This document shows positions 7,512 through 16,590 of a stretch of DNA of 31,864 bases, one piece after another. The position numbers and the translations under genes were made by a program. Numbering within the stretch: position 1 is the stretch's first letter; the number at the start of each line of letters is the position of its first letter. The stretch comes from a virus. Taxonomy: Duplodnaviria; Caudoviricetes. The stretch is taken from IMG/VR virus record IMGVR_UViG_3300042866_001249, positions 1 through 31,864 of that record. The stretch is one strand, 5' to 3'. The notes beneath the pieces were generated by a model. It ran no database searches. It was not told where the DNA came from and worked only from the letters and a program-made list of their open reading frames with translations.

Positions 7512-8822
7512 CTAGAGGCCCAGACCCATTCGCATAGAGATGCGATTGCGACGGAACAACGTGGACGGGTCGGCCCCGCGTTGCATGAGAGCGACCCAAT
7601 CGGTAGCCCATTGCAGACTGCCCGCTGTGTTGAAGTGGATGTAGTCGTTACCAACGCCGCTCAGGTACGTCGCTCCCCACTCGGGCAGGTCGCCGTACTT
7701 CTCGCGCCACTCCAGCCCCATCGGAACGTGCCAGTAGCCCGCGCCCTTGGACTGGACCCAAGACGAGAACGTGTTGCGGATGTTGTCGTACTTCACCTGC
7801 TCAGTCACGGGGTTGTACGAACCCAACGCGGCCTGTGAAGCGTCGTGCGTGCTAATCAACTCGACGCCAATGTCGGCGGGGTTCTTGCCCGCTGCGGTGA
7901 TTGCTGCGATGTGCCGCGCGTCCCAAGCGTTCAGTTGCGTCGTCGTCGGCGTGCCGTTCTGACCGATCATCAACGTGCGGACCTTGATGGGGCAGTGGGT
8001 GTAGAACGCTGTCAGAAGAGCCGCGTTGTAGAACCGCGTATCGGCGTCGGGATCGGATACCCCCGTGCCGCCGTCCGCGTAGGCGTGCCCGCTCAACCTC
8101 ATGCCGCCCGTGCCGAAGTAGATGAAACCGAACTTGTTTGTCACCGTGGGCAGTCGCAGGTATCGCAGCAGTTGGTTTGCGGTGCGTCCCACTTCTACCG
8201 TCGTCGGCGAGTTCCAGTATTGCGTCGAAATCAGCAGCGTGTTCGTGCCGTTGCCTGCTGCGAACGATGCGGAAATCGAGTGGTTGATTGCCCCAGCCGT
8301 GCCCGAACTGTGATCGGTTGCGGTGTTGATGCGTTCAACGCGGGTCGGGTTGGTGGTGTCCGCGACGAGGAACCGCGCGTTCGTGATGCCGTCCGCGAAG
8401 TGCGTGCGGAACTCGCCAGCCTGGACGTTCTGATTGCGAATCCAATCCACGCCGAAGGAGGCAGGGCGGAACTCGGTGTTCAAGTTGCTGGCGAACGAGC
8501 CTTGGTCCGCGTTGTACGCGATGTGGTTCGTGCCGAACCCGTTGTTCCCATTCGCTGCCGTGTAGCCCGCTGGATAGGCCCCGCCGGGCAGGATGGTTGT
8601 TGCGACCGTGGGCAGGCTCGTGAACGTCTGCCCCGTCTGATTCACGTCCGACCCGGTTGAACAGTGCGACCCGAGAAGGCCCCATTGGAGCGTGGTGTTC
8701 TTGACCAGCCCGTGTAGGATGCGGTCGCCCGTGTTGGGTTCGCTCAGGCTGTCTCCCATCCACAAACGAACGGCTTGCAGGTTTGCTTGTGCTGCTGCGG
8801 CGTCGCCGACTACGTATGCCAT
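7512..8822 (-). CDS. SGNH/GDSL hydrolase-like, probably virion-associated protein
   Basis: WMGDSLS, GTGG, IGQN and DYIHFN correspond to blocks I, II, III and V, with a beta-rich insert; TAATG coupling to the upstream gene. Confidence 0.72.
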   Translation of the reverse strand: MAYVVGDAAAAQANLQAVRLWMGDSLSEPNTGDRILHGLVKNTTLQWGLLGSHCSTGSDVNQTGQTFTSLPTVATTILPGGAYPAGYTAANGNNGFGTNHIAYNADQGSFASNLNTEFRPASFGVDWIRNQNVQAGEFRTHFADGITNARFLVADTTNPTRVERINTATDHSSGTAGAINHSISASFAAGNGTNTLLISTQYWNSPTTVEVGRTANQLLRYLRLPTVTNKFGFIYFGTGGMRLSGHAYADGGTGVSDPDADTRFYNAALLTAFYTHCPIKVRTLMIGQNGTPTTTQLNAWDARHIAAITAAGKNPADIGVELISTHDASQAALGSYNPVTEQVKYDNIRNTFSSWVQSKGAGYWHVPMGLEWREKYGDLPEWGATYLSGVGNDYIHFNTAGSLQWATDWVALMQRGADPSTLFRRNRISMRMGLGL

Positions 8823-10486
8823 TATTCGTTCTCCCCCATCTTGCCACGCCACCACGCAATCAGCGCGCTAGCGGTCCACTGGTCAGCCCATGCACCACGC
8901 CGATTCCGCGCCGCGAGTTGTGCGAACGTCCGGCCCGCCAACTCTGGCGCGAAGATGTAAACGCCGTGGCCTTGCAGGTAATCCGTCAGCGTGGGCGGTA
9001 CCCACTGGTCCTCGCTCTGGTTGTGCCAGCCGTTGTTCGCCAGCGACGAACGCGGCGGAACACTGACAGCAGACCGATCATCACGAACGGCACTAGGCGC
9101 GAGGTGTGATTCGATGCTGAGGCGAGGGTCGTAGATGGTGTTTCCGGCAACGGTCCAAGATTGCAGAGCCGGCCCCTGCAACCAAAACACCGCGCCCTGA
9201 TCGGCCCCCGCGCTTTCCGGAGATACTCGCCAAACAACATTGCCCGTGACCTGTGCGCCCTTCGCACGGTCCAGCCCAATCGAGAACGAGCGGGGTTGCC
9301 CGCCAATGTCGCCCCCGCCGATGATGAGGCAATCGCGAATGGCCCCGGTCCAGTCGTCGTTAGGCCCGGCCTGTGCGTGCCCGCCCGTGATGCCTAGTGG
9401 GTTGTTGATTGCAACGGAACCGATGACACTCTGCGAACCGCCCCGCAACTGCCAGCCCGTAGCGGAGTTTTCGACGGCAATCGAGTCGTACCACATGCCA
9501 TCGCGGACATTGGGGACGCCGTAGTACCCGTGGTTGAAGACGGTTGCGGGCGCGTTGTTCGCCTCGCTAAACCCGTTGGCATAGAGCGTGACTTGGTGCC
9601 AGCGAATACCAGACACAGCCGACGCGAACGCGCCTTGTGAGTGGCCGTCAGCCGACCACGAACCCACAACAGATGAACGGCTCACGATGACATGGCGAAT
9701 GGGATCGGCTGCGGACTCGCCTTGAATGACGATGCCGCCGCCGAAGCCCGTCACCGCACAGTCATCAATGACGATGTTCTCGCGACCCTCTGAACCCTTG
9801 CCGTAGAACTTGATGCCATTGCCACGCCGGCCGGCGTCAGTGGTGGGGTTCTCAATGTCCAGGCCGATGATGCGAATGTTGCCCGCGTAGAACAACGCGC
9901 CGTCGCCACCGTTGGCCGGACGGATGATCGGACGCGGCAAGGCGGGATTGTCGTCGGGATCGGCTGCGATGAATCCGGGGTATTTGGCCGTGCCCGAGAC
10001 TTGCCACGCGCCGTACTCGCCCGTGATGCTCTGGTCAACAAACTCGCCGCGTCCGATGATGACTGCCCACGGTCGCCCACTGTTCGCAGCTGCCAACGCC
10101 CGCTTGTGTGCCTCGATGAACGTGCGAACCGGCTGGCCCTTCGTGCCCGTCGCGGTGTCCACGCCATCGGGATCGACGTAGACCCACACGGCCTGCGGGT
10201 ACTTGGGAACCGGATACCAACCGTTCGGGCATTGCCCGCCGTTCACCGCGAGGCGGAATGCGTCAACGTCTGCGGGGTCGAACATCACGCCATCGCCGTT
10301 GAAGTCGATTGAATCACAGTTGCCCGTGGGACAAGGCCCCTCAGAGAAGGCCGCGAGAAATGCGGCCATGTCGGATTCGGGGTCGGTGTACCCGTTGTTG
10401 TCAAAGTCAGTATCGCAGAGCGATTCCTGTGCGACGGTTACGGGCGAGATTGTGAGGATGGTGGCGAGGGCGGCGTTTGAAACCAC
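8822..10486 (-). CDS. Secreted protein: signal peptide, GC-type dockerin-like domain, right-handed parallel beta-helix (pectin lyase fold)
   Basis: AGGAGG-N7-GTG; MVSNAALATILTISPVTVA/Q; duplicated CDTDFDNNG...AFLAAFSEGPC / CDSIDFNGDG...DAFRLAVNGGQC; YVDPDGVDTATGTKGQPVRT cap motif then beta-helix rungs. Confidence 0.8.
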   Translation of the reverse strand: MVSNAALATILTISPVTVAQESLCDTDFDNNGYTDPESDMAAFLAAFSEGPCPTGNCDSIDFNGDGVMFDPADVDAFRLAVNGGQCPNGWYPVPKYPQAVWVYVDPDGVDTATGTKGQPVRTFIEAHKRALAAANSGRPWAVIIGRGEFVDQSITGEYGAWQVSGTAKYPGFIAADPDDNPALPRPIIRPANGGDGALFYAGNIRIIGLDIENPTTDAGRRGNGIKFYGKGSEGRENIVIDDCAVTGFGGGIVIQGESAADPIRHVIVSRSSVVGSWSADGHSQGAFASAVSGIRWHQVTLYANGFSEANNAPATVFNHGYYGVPNVRDGMWYDSIAVENSATGWQLRGGSQSVIGSVAINNPLGITGGHAQAGPNDDWTGAIRDCLIIGGGDIGGQPRSFSIGLDRAKGAQVTGNVVWRVSPESAGADQGAVFWLQGPALQSWTVAGNTIYDPRLSIESHLAPSAVRDDRSAVSVPPRSSLANNGWHNQSEDQWVPPTLTDYLQGHGVYIFAPELAGRTFAQLAARNRRGAWADQWTASALIAWWRGKMGENE

Positions 10487-10737
10487 GAGTAGACCTCCTG
10501 AACCAGAAGCAACAGGAACCCGGACCCGATGAAAACGAGAACCTTGGCTGTGGTTGCCCACTTCTGTTCAAGGTCGCGAACGCGGATAAGCAGGCCCTTT
10601 TCAGGCTCGCTGGCCGAAACTACGTGCTTGTGTACCTCATCAACCTTTGCGGCAACGTCTTGCATGTCGTCACGAATGCCATGCACTTCGCGCATCACTT
10701 CCGATAGGGAAGGCTCGCGAGGGTCGCCATCATCCAC
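10438..10737 (-). CDS. Holin-like / XhlA-like membrane protein (coiled coil plus one C-terminal TM)
   Basis: VLVFIGSGFLLLLV TM segment; position next to the spanin-like gene. Function inferred. Confidence 0.55.
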   Translation of the reverse strand: MDDGDPREPSLSEVMREVHGIRDDMQDVAAKVDEVHKHVVSASEPEKGLLIRVRDLEQKWATTAKVLVFIGSGFLLLLVQEVYSWFQTPPSPPSSQSRP

Positions 10738-10753
10738 TAGGCCCTTTCGGTTG

Positions 10754-11446
10754 TTACTCACTCTTGCCCCCGGCGAGCTTGCCAATCAGGGACTTCAAGA
10801 GCGCGGCCTGTTCGGACTGGTCCCAAGTTGCATCACGCTTCTCGGCTTCCTTGTTGGCGTCAGACTTGGCCTCATCCCATGCCTTGTCCTCTGCCTTCTT
10901 CATGCGCGAGCGAACCGCGTAGCCTCCACCGATGCCCAGCAGGGCAAGCAAGGTGGGGTCGCTCAGCAGCCCGGCGAATGGAGCGGCGGCGGGGACGGCA
11001 CCTAAGCCGGTTTGCAGAACCTGCAAGCCCGCCGCTCGCTGTTCGTACTGCCTTTTCAGGCTTTCCGATGCCTCCGCAAACCTGTTCTCAATCGCGGCCC
11101 ATGCCTTATCCGCGTCGGCCTGCTGTTCGGCGTACTTGGACTCGACCTCAGCAAGCCGAGCATCCAAACTGGTTGTGATGTCGATGCGTTCGGCTTGCTG
11201 GGTCAGGTCCAGTTTTGCGAGATTGGCTTCGGCCTCGCGCTTGATCTTGGCTAGTTCGGCCTGCTGCTTGGCGCGGTCGCGTTCGATGGCCTTCTCACGC
11301 TGCTCGATAGCGGTGTCGGCCTCGCGCTCCAACGTCGCTGCGGTCACAAGTTCGTTGCTGAATGGGCTGCGTACTTGCGGTTCGTTGCATCCCGCGAGCG
11401 CAAACACGCTCATCATGCAGGCGAGGAGGAGGGCGATTTTGAGCAT
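10754..11446 (-). CDS. Lipoprotein with coiled coil and C-proximal TM (unimolecular-spanin-like topology)
   Basis: Lipobox LAG-C; long charged helical region; LLALLGIGGGYAV followed by RSRMKK. Confidence 0.7.
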   Translation of the reverse strand: MLKIALLLACMMSVFALAGCNEPQVRSPFSNELVTAATLEREADTAIEQREKAIERDRAKQQAELAKIKREAEANLAKLDLTQQAERIDITTSLDARLAEVESKYAEQQADADKAWAAIENRFAEASESLKRQYEQRAAGLQVLQTGLGAVPAAAPFAGLLSDPTLLALLGIGGGYAVRSRMKKAEDKAWDEAKSDANKEAEKRDATWDQSEQAALLKSLIGKLAGGKSE

Positions 11447-12189
11447 GTCGCCATCCTTGCCGATTTTCGCTTGCGGTCAAGCAGCCACTTTGCAAGGTCC
11501 TTGCGAATTTGCGGGAGCCTGCTTAGGGCGTTCAGCCACCCGAAACCACGCCGCGAGGACATAAGCAGGAGCGAAACCGCACACCCGCATCCGGCAAGGG
11601 TGGACGCAACCGGCCTGCGGCTCTTCTTGTATATCAACGTCCAGTCAATCAGCCACCGCAACGGTTCAGGAACGCCGTACCAGAGCGTTCCGCCCCACCG
11701 CACGACGCATCGGCTGCCTCTGGCGTGCCTGTCCAGAGGGCAAGCGAGGGCCTCGCCCAGCAGGGCACCACGAACGGACGTGCGGTCGGTGGCGCGTACG
11801 GTCAAGATGACGTGTACCGGCTCGTCTAAGGCCGTGCAATCCATGCCATCGGCGGAAACCTTGGGGCAGGTCGCACACATCGCGGCGTTCGTGCGGTGTT
11901 GCTTGGTCCGCGTGACGTGCCACGAATGGCGGAGGTGATGCTTGGCGCGGTCGTTGGCCGCATGTTCGGCCATGCGTTGCCGCCGCTGGTGTTCCTTCTC
12001 GCGTTCCTCTGGCGACATGGCTGGACCGAACAAGCCGTTCAGCCGCCCGGACAGACGCATGAGAGCGGACGGGGAAGACTTGATAGGCTCGCCGTCGCGA
12101 ACGGTCGCGGTAACGCCTCGCGTGCCCGTGGCGTCCATTACGGTCGCCGTGGCCCCGTGCTTGTGACTTGTTCCGCATCCACATCCCAT
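11413..12189 (-). CDS. Basic Cys/His-rich protein (MGCGCG, CATC, CP, GCGC)
   Basis: TAATG coupling to the Cys-rich tail gene; metal-ligand-like motifs. Confidence 0.7.
   Translation of the reverse strand: MGCGCGTSHKHGATATVMDATGTRGVTATVRDGEPIKSSPSALMRLSGRLNGLFGPAMSPEEREKEHQRRQRMAEHAANDRAKHHLRHSWHVTRTKQHRTNAAMCATCPKVSADGMDCTALDEPVHVILTVRATDRTSVRGALLGEALACPLDRHARGSRCVVRWGGTLWYGVPEPLRWLIDWTLIYKKSRRPVASTLAGCGCAVSLLLMSSRRGFGWLNALSRLPQIRKDLAKWLLDRKRKSARMATCSKSPSSSPA
11453..11480 (-). promoter_or_regulatory. Late promoter copy 1: TTGACC-N16-AAGGAT-N6-ATG
   Basis: One of five identically spaced copies. Confidence 0.8.
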
Positions 12190-13463
12190 TAGATCAAACT
12201 CCATGCGTCCGGCGCGGCTGGCGGCGGGGGCGATGCTTCCTCAATCGGCGGGCACCCGCCTTCTTCGCTGCATTCATCGTCGGGCGTGGTCACGGCTGGC
12301 GGGCAATCCGAACCGCCGTTGTATTCGCTGCACGGATCAACCTCGCAGCCGGTTTCGTCCTCGATGGTTACGGACCACTCGGCAATGTCGATGAACGTCT
12401 CGGACCTCTCCATCTGGCACTGGTAAGACTCAACGCAAGGGCACTTGCCGCACCCGCCGCACAGCGGACAATCTTGGCCGTAGCAGAAGTCGGTAAAGAA
12501 AAATCGGCCTTGGCTGCGAGTTTCACGAACGCCGCCGAAGCAGTTGCGGGCGCAGGTGTAGTCGGAATCTATGATGGCTTCATCACAGTCGGGACGGGTT
12601 GGATCGGTGCCGCAAGCGAAACAACCTGCGAATCCTGGCACCCGCGTCTGTTCGTATTCGATGCACGGTCCAAGTGTCCTGCATCCGACATCGCTGGGGA
12701 TAATCGGATCAAGCGGGGTACACGGCACACTGCGAGTACCAGTGATGCCGCCGCATTCGGCCCAAAACGATGGCGTCGTACACCCAACGCCACTGCAATT
12801 CGATATCAGCGTCGTGTACGTGCAAGTTCCTAGGCATTCGCTGCCCTCGCCATCGCGACGGACGCGGCACGAACGGGTAATGAAGTAGTCCGCGTTCGTG
12901 ACGACGCCTACGCCGGGCGGGATAAAACAGGAGCATGGGCCATCGCATCCAATACAACCACCTGGACGGTTGTAGATGTAGTTCACTTGGTCAACAACCG
13001 TCCGCGTCCATGACAGCGTGAACTGTCGGCCCCAGTTGCAGCAGACCGATGGACGCTCCGCAGGTGCGAACCCTTGAAAGCACTTCTTTGCGACGTACGC
13101 CGTGATACAGCAGTCTCGGCAAGGTGGGCAGAAACTAGACGCCCGCGCCGCCGCGCAGTCCAACGGGCTTTCCTCAATGTCTGAGGCGTCGAAGATTTGC
13201 GCGTCGGGGAACTCGGCCTCGATCTCCTCTCGCGTGCGGTCGATGGCCTCTGGCCCGCTGTAGCACTTGCCAGCAATCAGCAGCGTGCCCGCCCACTCGC
13301 CGCCCAGAAGGTCCAAGTAGGCGGACGGGACGAACACGAACCGGCACGAGGCGCAGCATTCAAAGATGCGGCGGTAGTTACCCTCAGTGCAGCACGTACA
13401 CGTACGCAGCCGCCCGCCTGCGGTCGTCAGCAACCTACCCGCACTCGTGGTTTTGACCGGCAC
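12189..13463 (-). CDS. Cysteine-rich putative tail-tip/fibre protein
   Basis: About 45 Cys in 424 aa by manual count; no signal peptide; located in the tail operon. Confidence 0.7.
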   Translation of the reverse strand: MPVKTTSAGRLLTTAGGRLRTCTCCTEGNYRRIFECCASCRFVFVPSAYLDLLGGEWAGTLLIAGKCYSGPEAIDRTREEIEAEFPDAQIFDASDIEESPLDCAAARASSFCPPCRDCCITAYVAKKCFQGFAPAERPSVCCNWGRQFTLSWTRTVVDQVNYIYNRPGGCIGCDGPCSCFIPPGVGVVTNADYFITRSCRVRRDGEGSECLGTCTYTTLISNCSGVGCTTPSFWAECGGITGTRSVPCTPLDPIIPSDVGCRTLGPCIEYEQTRVPGFAGCFACGTDPTRPDCDEAIIDSDYTCARNCFGGVRETRSQGRFFFTDFCYGQDCPLCGGCGKCPCVESYQCQMERSETFIDIAEWSVTIEDETGCEVDPCSEYNGGSDCPPAVTTPDDECSEEGGCPPIEEASPPPPAAPDAWSLI

Positions 13464-13466
13464 GTT

Positions 13467-13823
13467 TTATTCTGGGTACCAAGCCTCGACGCTCAGGCTG
13501 GTCGCGGAGTCGTAGGTCAGCGTCACCACGCCCGCCGAACTGGTGTAGAGGCGAGTCACGGGGCCTACCACGCGGCTCGAAGTCGCGGGGACCGTGATTG
13601 CCTTGTTCGTGTAAGTCGTCGCCGGGTAGCCATCGCCAATCGGACGGCTTGACTTGTCCGACGCAACCGCAATCGTGACCGTGCGCGAGGCACCGCCGCC
13701 GTTGATGAATCGCAGAAGCACGTTATTGCTCGCGTTGACGATTGTGTCACCGCCCGCGTTCACCGCGTTTGCAGTGGGGGCTACGCCGTCGATGGTTGGG
13801 GTTTGGGGTGTGAACTGTGCCAT
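13467..13823 (-). CDS. Small beta-rich virion structural protein
   Basis: AGGAG RBS; GDTIVN...LLRFINGGGASRTVT pattern seen in phage structural proteins. Confidence 0.7.
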   Translation of the reverse strand: MAQFTPQTPTIDGVAPTANAVNAGGDTIVNASNNVLLRFINGGGASRTVTIAVASDKSSRPIGDGYPATTYTNKAITVPATSSRVVGPVTRLYTSSAGVVTLTYDSATSLSVEAWYPE

Positions 13824-13835
13824 TGTGTCTCCTGT

Positions 13836-15167
13836 TTAGTACGTGATGACGAACACCGCGCCGACTCCTCCGGCCCCGCCGTTGCCACCTAAGCCCGTGT
13901 TGCTGCCGACGCCACCCCCGCCCCCGCCACCACCACACAAGCCGCCGTTGCCGCCCGCCGCGCCGTTGGTGTTGGCTGTGATCGTGCCACCACCACCGCC
14001 ACCGCCAAGCCCGCCCGCGTTGATGTTGCCGTCAGTGCCGCCCGTGCCCGCCGTGGGGGTCGCACCGGATGCACCAGCCGCGCCGCCCTGCCCGGCTGTA
14101 TTGGTGTGCCCGCCGCCTGCCGTGGCGTTGACGAGGGCCGGAGCCGCAGTCGTGCCAGCACCGCAACCACCGCCGCAACCGCCGAACATCGACGCTCCGC
14201 CGATGCCGTTCGCGACCACGTTGGTATGACCGCCACCAGCACCGCCACCGTGTTCGGCTGTAACGGGCGTGCCAGCGGTCGCCAGCGAGTTTGCGCCGCC
14301 ACCGCCTACGGGAGTCGCGCCGGGTCCGGGCAAGCCGCCCGTAGCCGCCGAAGTCGTGCCCACAGCCCCAGCCGTGACCGATCCGCCACCGGACCCGCCA
14401 GCACCAGCCGAAGCCGCGTTGTCGCCCAAGGCCCCGCCACCGCCACCGAAGGCCGTAACGAGCGTGAAACCCGACGAGAATGTCGTATTGCCGCCGATGC
14501 CGCCAGCGGTTCCGTCAGCACCAGACGCGCCGCCGTTGCCAGCAGTGCCACCAGCCCCAACCGTCAAAGGCTCAGTGTCGCCAAGTTGCGACGCGACAAA
14601 CTTGGCAACCACACGGGCACCGCCGCCGCCACCACAACCACCCGAGCGAACCACCGCGCCCGTCTGTGATGCACCGCCACCACCGCCACCGCCGCCGCCG
14701 TAGCACACCACCTCAACGAACTTGGGCACGAAGTGGGTGGGTTTGGTCCACGTTGCCGCGCCGGGCGTGGTGAACGTCTGAACGTCTGCGGGTCCGTAGT
14801 TGGTCAACACAGGCCGACCAGCCGCACCGTACACCTCGAAGGTGCGCCCGTTGAACATGGCCGATTCACCAGCCGCAAGCGTGCCCTTCCAGACTTCGAC
14901 CGGCGTGGTGCCGTCCGTCACCTCAATCGTGACCGTGTTGGACGCGCTGGCGTGCCCGTTGCGAACGGACATAGACCGCACGCCTCGCTGGGTTGAAGCG
15001 GCGGGAGAGGCTACAACGGTCGTCGTGGTCGCGCTGGTAATCAGCGTGTTCGTCGCGCCCGGCGTGGTTGCAGTGGTGGACGTATCGACCCATGAGGCGT
15101 GTACGTCAATGTCAGCCGTGCTGGTCGTGACGATGCGAACGAGATGAGAAGTACCGCTCAGAATCAT
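13836..15167 (-). CDS. Glycine-rich tail fibre/adhesin-like protein
   Basis: QTFTTPGAATWTKP...VCYGGGGGGGGG opening and GGAGGVGAVFVITY ending typical of glycine-rich phage fibre domains. Confidence 0.82.
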   Translation of the reverse strand: MILSGTSHLVRIVTTSTADIDVHASWVDTSTTATTPGATNTLITSATTTTVVASPAASTQRGVRSMSVRNGHASASNTVTIEVTDGTTPVEVWKGTLAAGESAMFNGRTFEVYGAAGRPVLTNYGPADVQTFTTPGAATWTKPTHFVPKFVEVVCYGGGGGGGGGASQTGAVVRSGGCGGGGGARVVAKFVASQLGDTEPLTVGAGGTAGNGGASGADGTAGGIGGNTTFSSGFTLVTAFGGGGGALGDNAASAGAGGSGGGSVTAGAVGTTSAATGGLPGPGATPVGGGGANSLATAGTPVTAEHGGGAGGGHTNVVANGIGGASMFGGCGGGCGAGTTAAPALVNATAGGGHTNTAGQGGAAGASGATPTAGTGGTDGNINAGGLGGGGGGGTITANTNGAAGGNGGLCGGGGGGGGVGSNTGLGGNGGAGGVGAVFVITY

Positions 15168-15631
15168 GGGGTGAAGACCTCCGCGTACACAGAATCGCCG
15201 ACCCCACCGCCACCGCCGCCACCACCAGAGAACGAACTACCGCACGCCTCCGTAACGGGCCGCTCTTCCAGTGCTTCGATCAGTTTGAGGGTCTTGTCAT
15301 TGTCCCAGAACGCAAGGCCGATGCTGTTGTTCGATGGGCTGGTGTATTCCACGTTCGTCATTCGGGGACGTTGGGGGGACGCGCCCGTCAGCAGCGGGGG
15401 CGTGCTGCCGCGCCGACGAACCGTGTAGGTAAGCGAACAGGTAGAACTACCGCTTCCCACCGATCCACCGTCCACCGTCACCGAAACCGCGAAGACGTGA
15501 TGCGAAAGCGACTCGCGCCGAGTATCGCCATCGCCGCCGACATCCTTCACGAAGTCCGTGCGGCCTCGCAGCAACTTCTGCAAGAAAGACGCCTGCGATT
15601 GGGTCAGGGCTGGGACGTAGCGGTCGTTCAT
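15164..15631 (-). CDS. Minor tail protein (hypothetical)
   Basis: ATGA overlaps on both sides; GGAGG RBS; position. Confidence 0.7.
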   Translation of the reverse strand: MNDRYVPALTQSQASFLQKLLRGRTDFVKDVGGDGDTRRESLSHHVFAVSVTVDGGSVGSGSSTCSLTYTVRRRGSTPPLLTGASPQRPRMTNVEYTSPSNNSIGLAFWDNDKTLKLIEALEERPVTEACGSSFSGGGGGGGGVGDSVYAEVFTP

Positions 15632-16533
15632 GTAAACGCAAAGCCTCCGAATGGGTACAGCGGATAGCCTTGGAAAACGCGGTTTGTCGCGGTTTCGCTT
15701 CGCCCAGTCCCAAGATCGTCAAGGAATTGCGGAACCGAAGTATTTGTTCCGTCGTCAAGTTTGAGAGGGTCGCGCTTGGTCGTGTCGCCCGAACGCTTGA
15801 CGTTGTACCCGCGATTGGCGATTACGATCTGGTGTGCCTTCGCTGGCGTTGTCGCGCCGCCAACGGGACCAACTACCGTGCGATCCCGGCGAAACTCGAA
15901 GTTGTAAGCAGTGCGGCGGTAAACCGTATCGCCTTCCTTGATGCGGTCGATGCGGTCAATCCACATGATTGCGCGCTGTGCGGGGATTCCCACGCTGTCA
16001 ATGGTAAATTCTCCCGAGTTGACGCCGACCCGTTCCTCTGCCAGCCAAGTCATAATCAGGTTCCAGCGCGCGCCGGTTTCGCGTTCGTTGCGGACGTAGG
16101 ACAGGCCGGTCGTTATGCCAAGAACAAACGGGAGAGACTCAAACGACTCTCCAGCCGTATTGACGACCGGGTTGTTGTTCACGTCAAAGAAAAACTCTTT
16201 GTTTTCGGATCGCGAGAACCAAGATACATCCGGGTCGCGGTCGAATGGGCTGTCGTTGTCAAGCGAGCCGAAGCCCTGTTGCTCGTAGTTGTAAACCAAC
16301 TCCCACGAGGTTCGCCAGTTGTTCACCCGGCGAATCTCGTAGCCGCGAAACTTCAAGCCGGGGAACGCCGGGTGTGCGTCCCCGATGTTCGGCGTCATCG
16401 CGTCGATGTCGGCTTCGGCGGTCGCCTGGTCCGCAGCGGCCACGGTCACGCGGAAGCGGCGGGAGGCTCGCCCGCTGCTCACGTCGATAACTGCGGCGTC
16501 ATCATTCAGGACTTCTCGGAAGACCGGGGGCAT
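15628..16533 (-). CDS. Minor tail protein (distal tail/hub position)
   Basis: First minus-strand gene after the TMP; PNIGDAHP and VVNTAGESF motifs. Start at 16533 inferred from promoter copy 2; 16542 and 16584 are alternatives. Confidence 0.75.
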   Translation of the reverse strand: MPPVFREVLNDDAAVIDVSSGRASRRFRVTVAAADQATAEADIDAMTPNIGDAHPAFPGLKFRGYEIRRVNNWRTSWELVYNYEQQGFGSLDNDSPFDRDPDVSWFSRSENKEFFFDVNNNPVVNTAGESFESLPFVLGITTGLSYVRNERETGARWNLIMTWLAEERVGVNSGEFTIDSVGIPAQRAIMWIDRIDRIKEGDTVYRRTAYNFEFRRDRTVVGPVGGATTPAKAHQIVIANRGYNVKRSGDTTKRDPLKLDDGTNTSVPQFLDDLGTGRSETATNRVFQGYPLYPFGGFAFT

Positions 16534-16540
16534 TTTCGCC

Positions 16541-16568
16541 ATCCTTGCCGGTTTTTCGATGGTTTCAA
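16541..16568 (-). promoter_or_regulatory. Late promoter copy 2: TTGAAA-N16-AAGGAT-N7-ATG
   Basis: One of five identically spaced copies. Confidence 0.78.
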
Positions 16569-16590
16569 GTGGGGGATCGGGCAAATCTTC

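Noticed and set aside
10486-10561. ORF-track start at 10561 for the dockerin protein (and other extended starts such as 1539, 4089, 5207, 21715, 27694)
   Set aside because: Downstream starts have a better RBS, stop-start coupling or domain boundaries; the extensions overlap neighbouring genes or regulatory DNA.
13836-14720. Repetitive CCGCCA/CCGCCG tracts as a CRISPR or tandem array
   Set aside because: They are glycine codons of the fibre gene; there is no constant repeat-spacer period.
12189-15167. Diversity-generating retroelement or invertible tail-fibre switch
   Set aside because: No reverse transcriptase, no TR/VR pair and no invertase or flanking inverted sites were seen.
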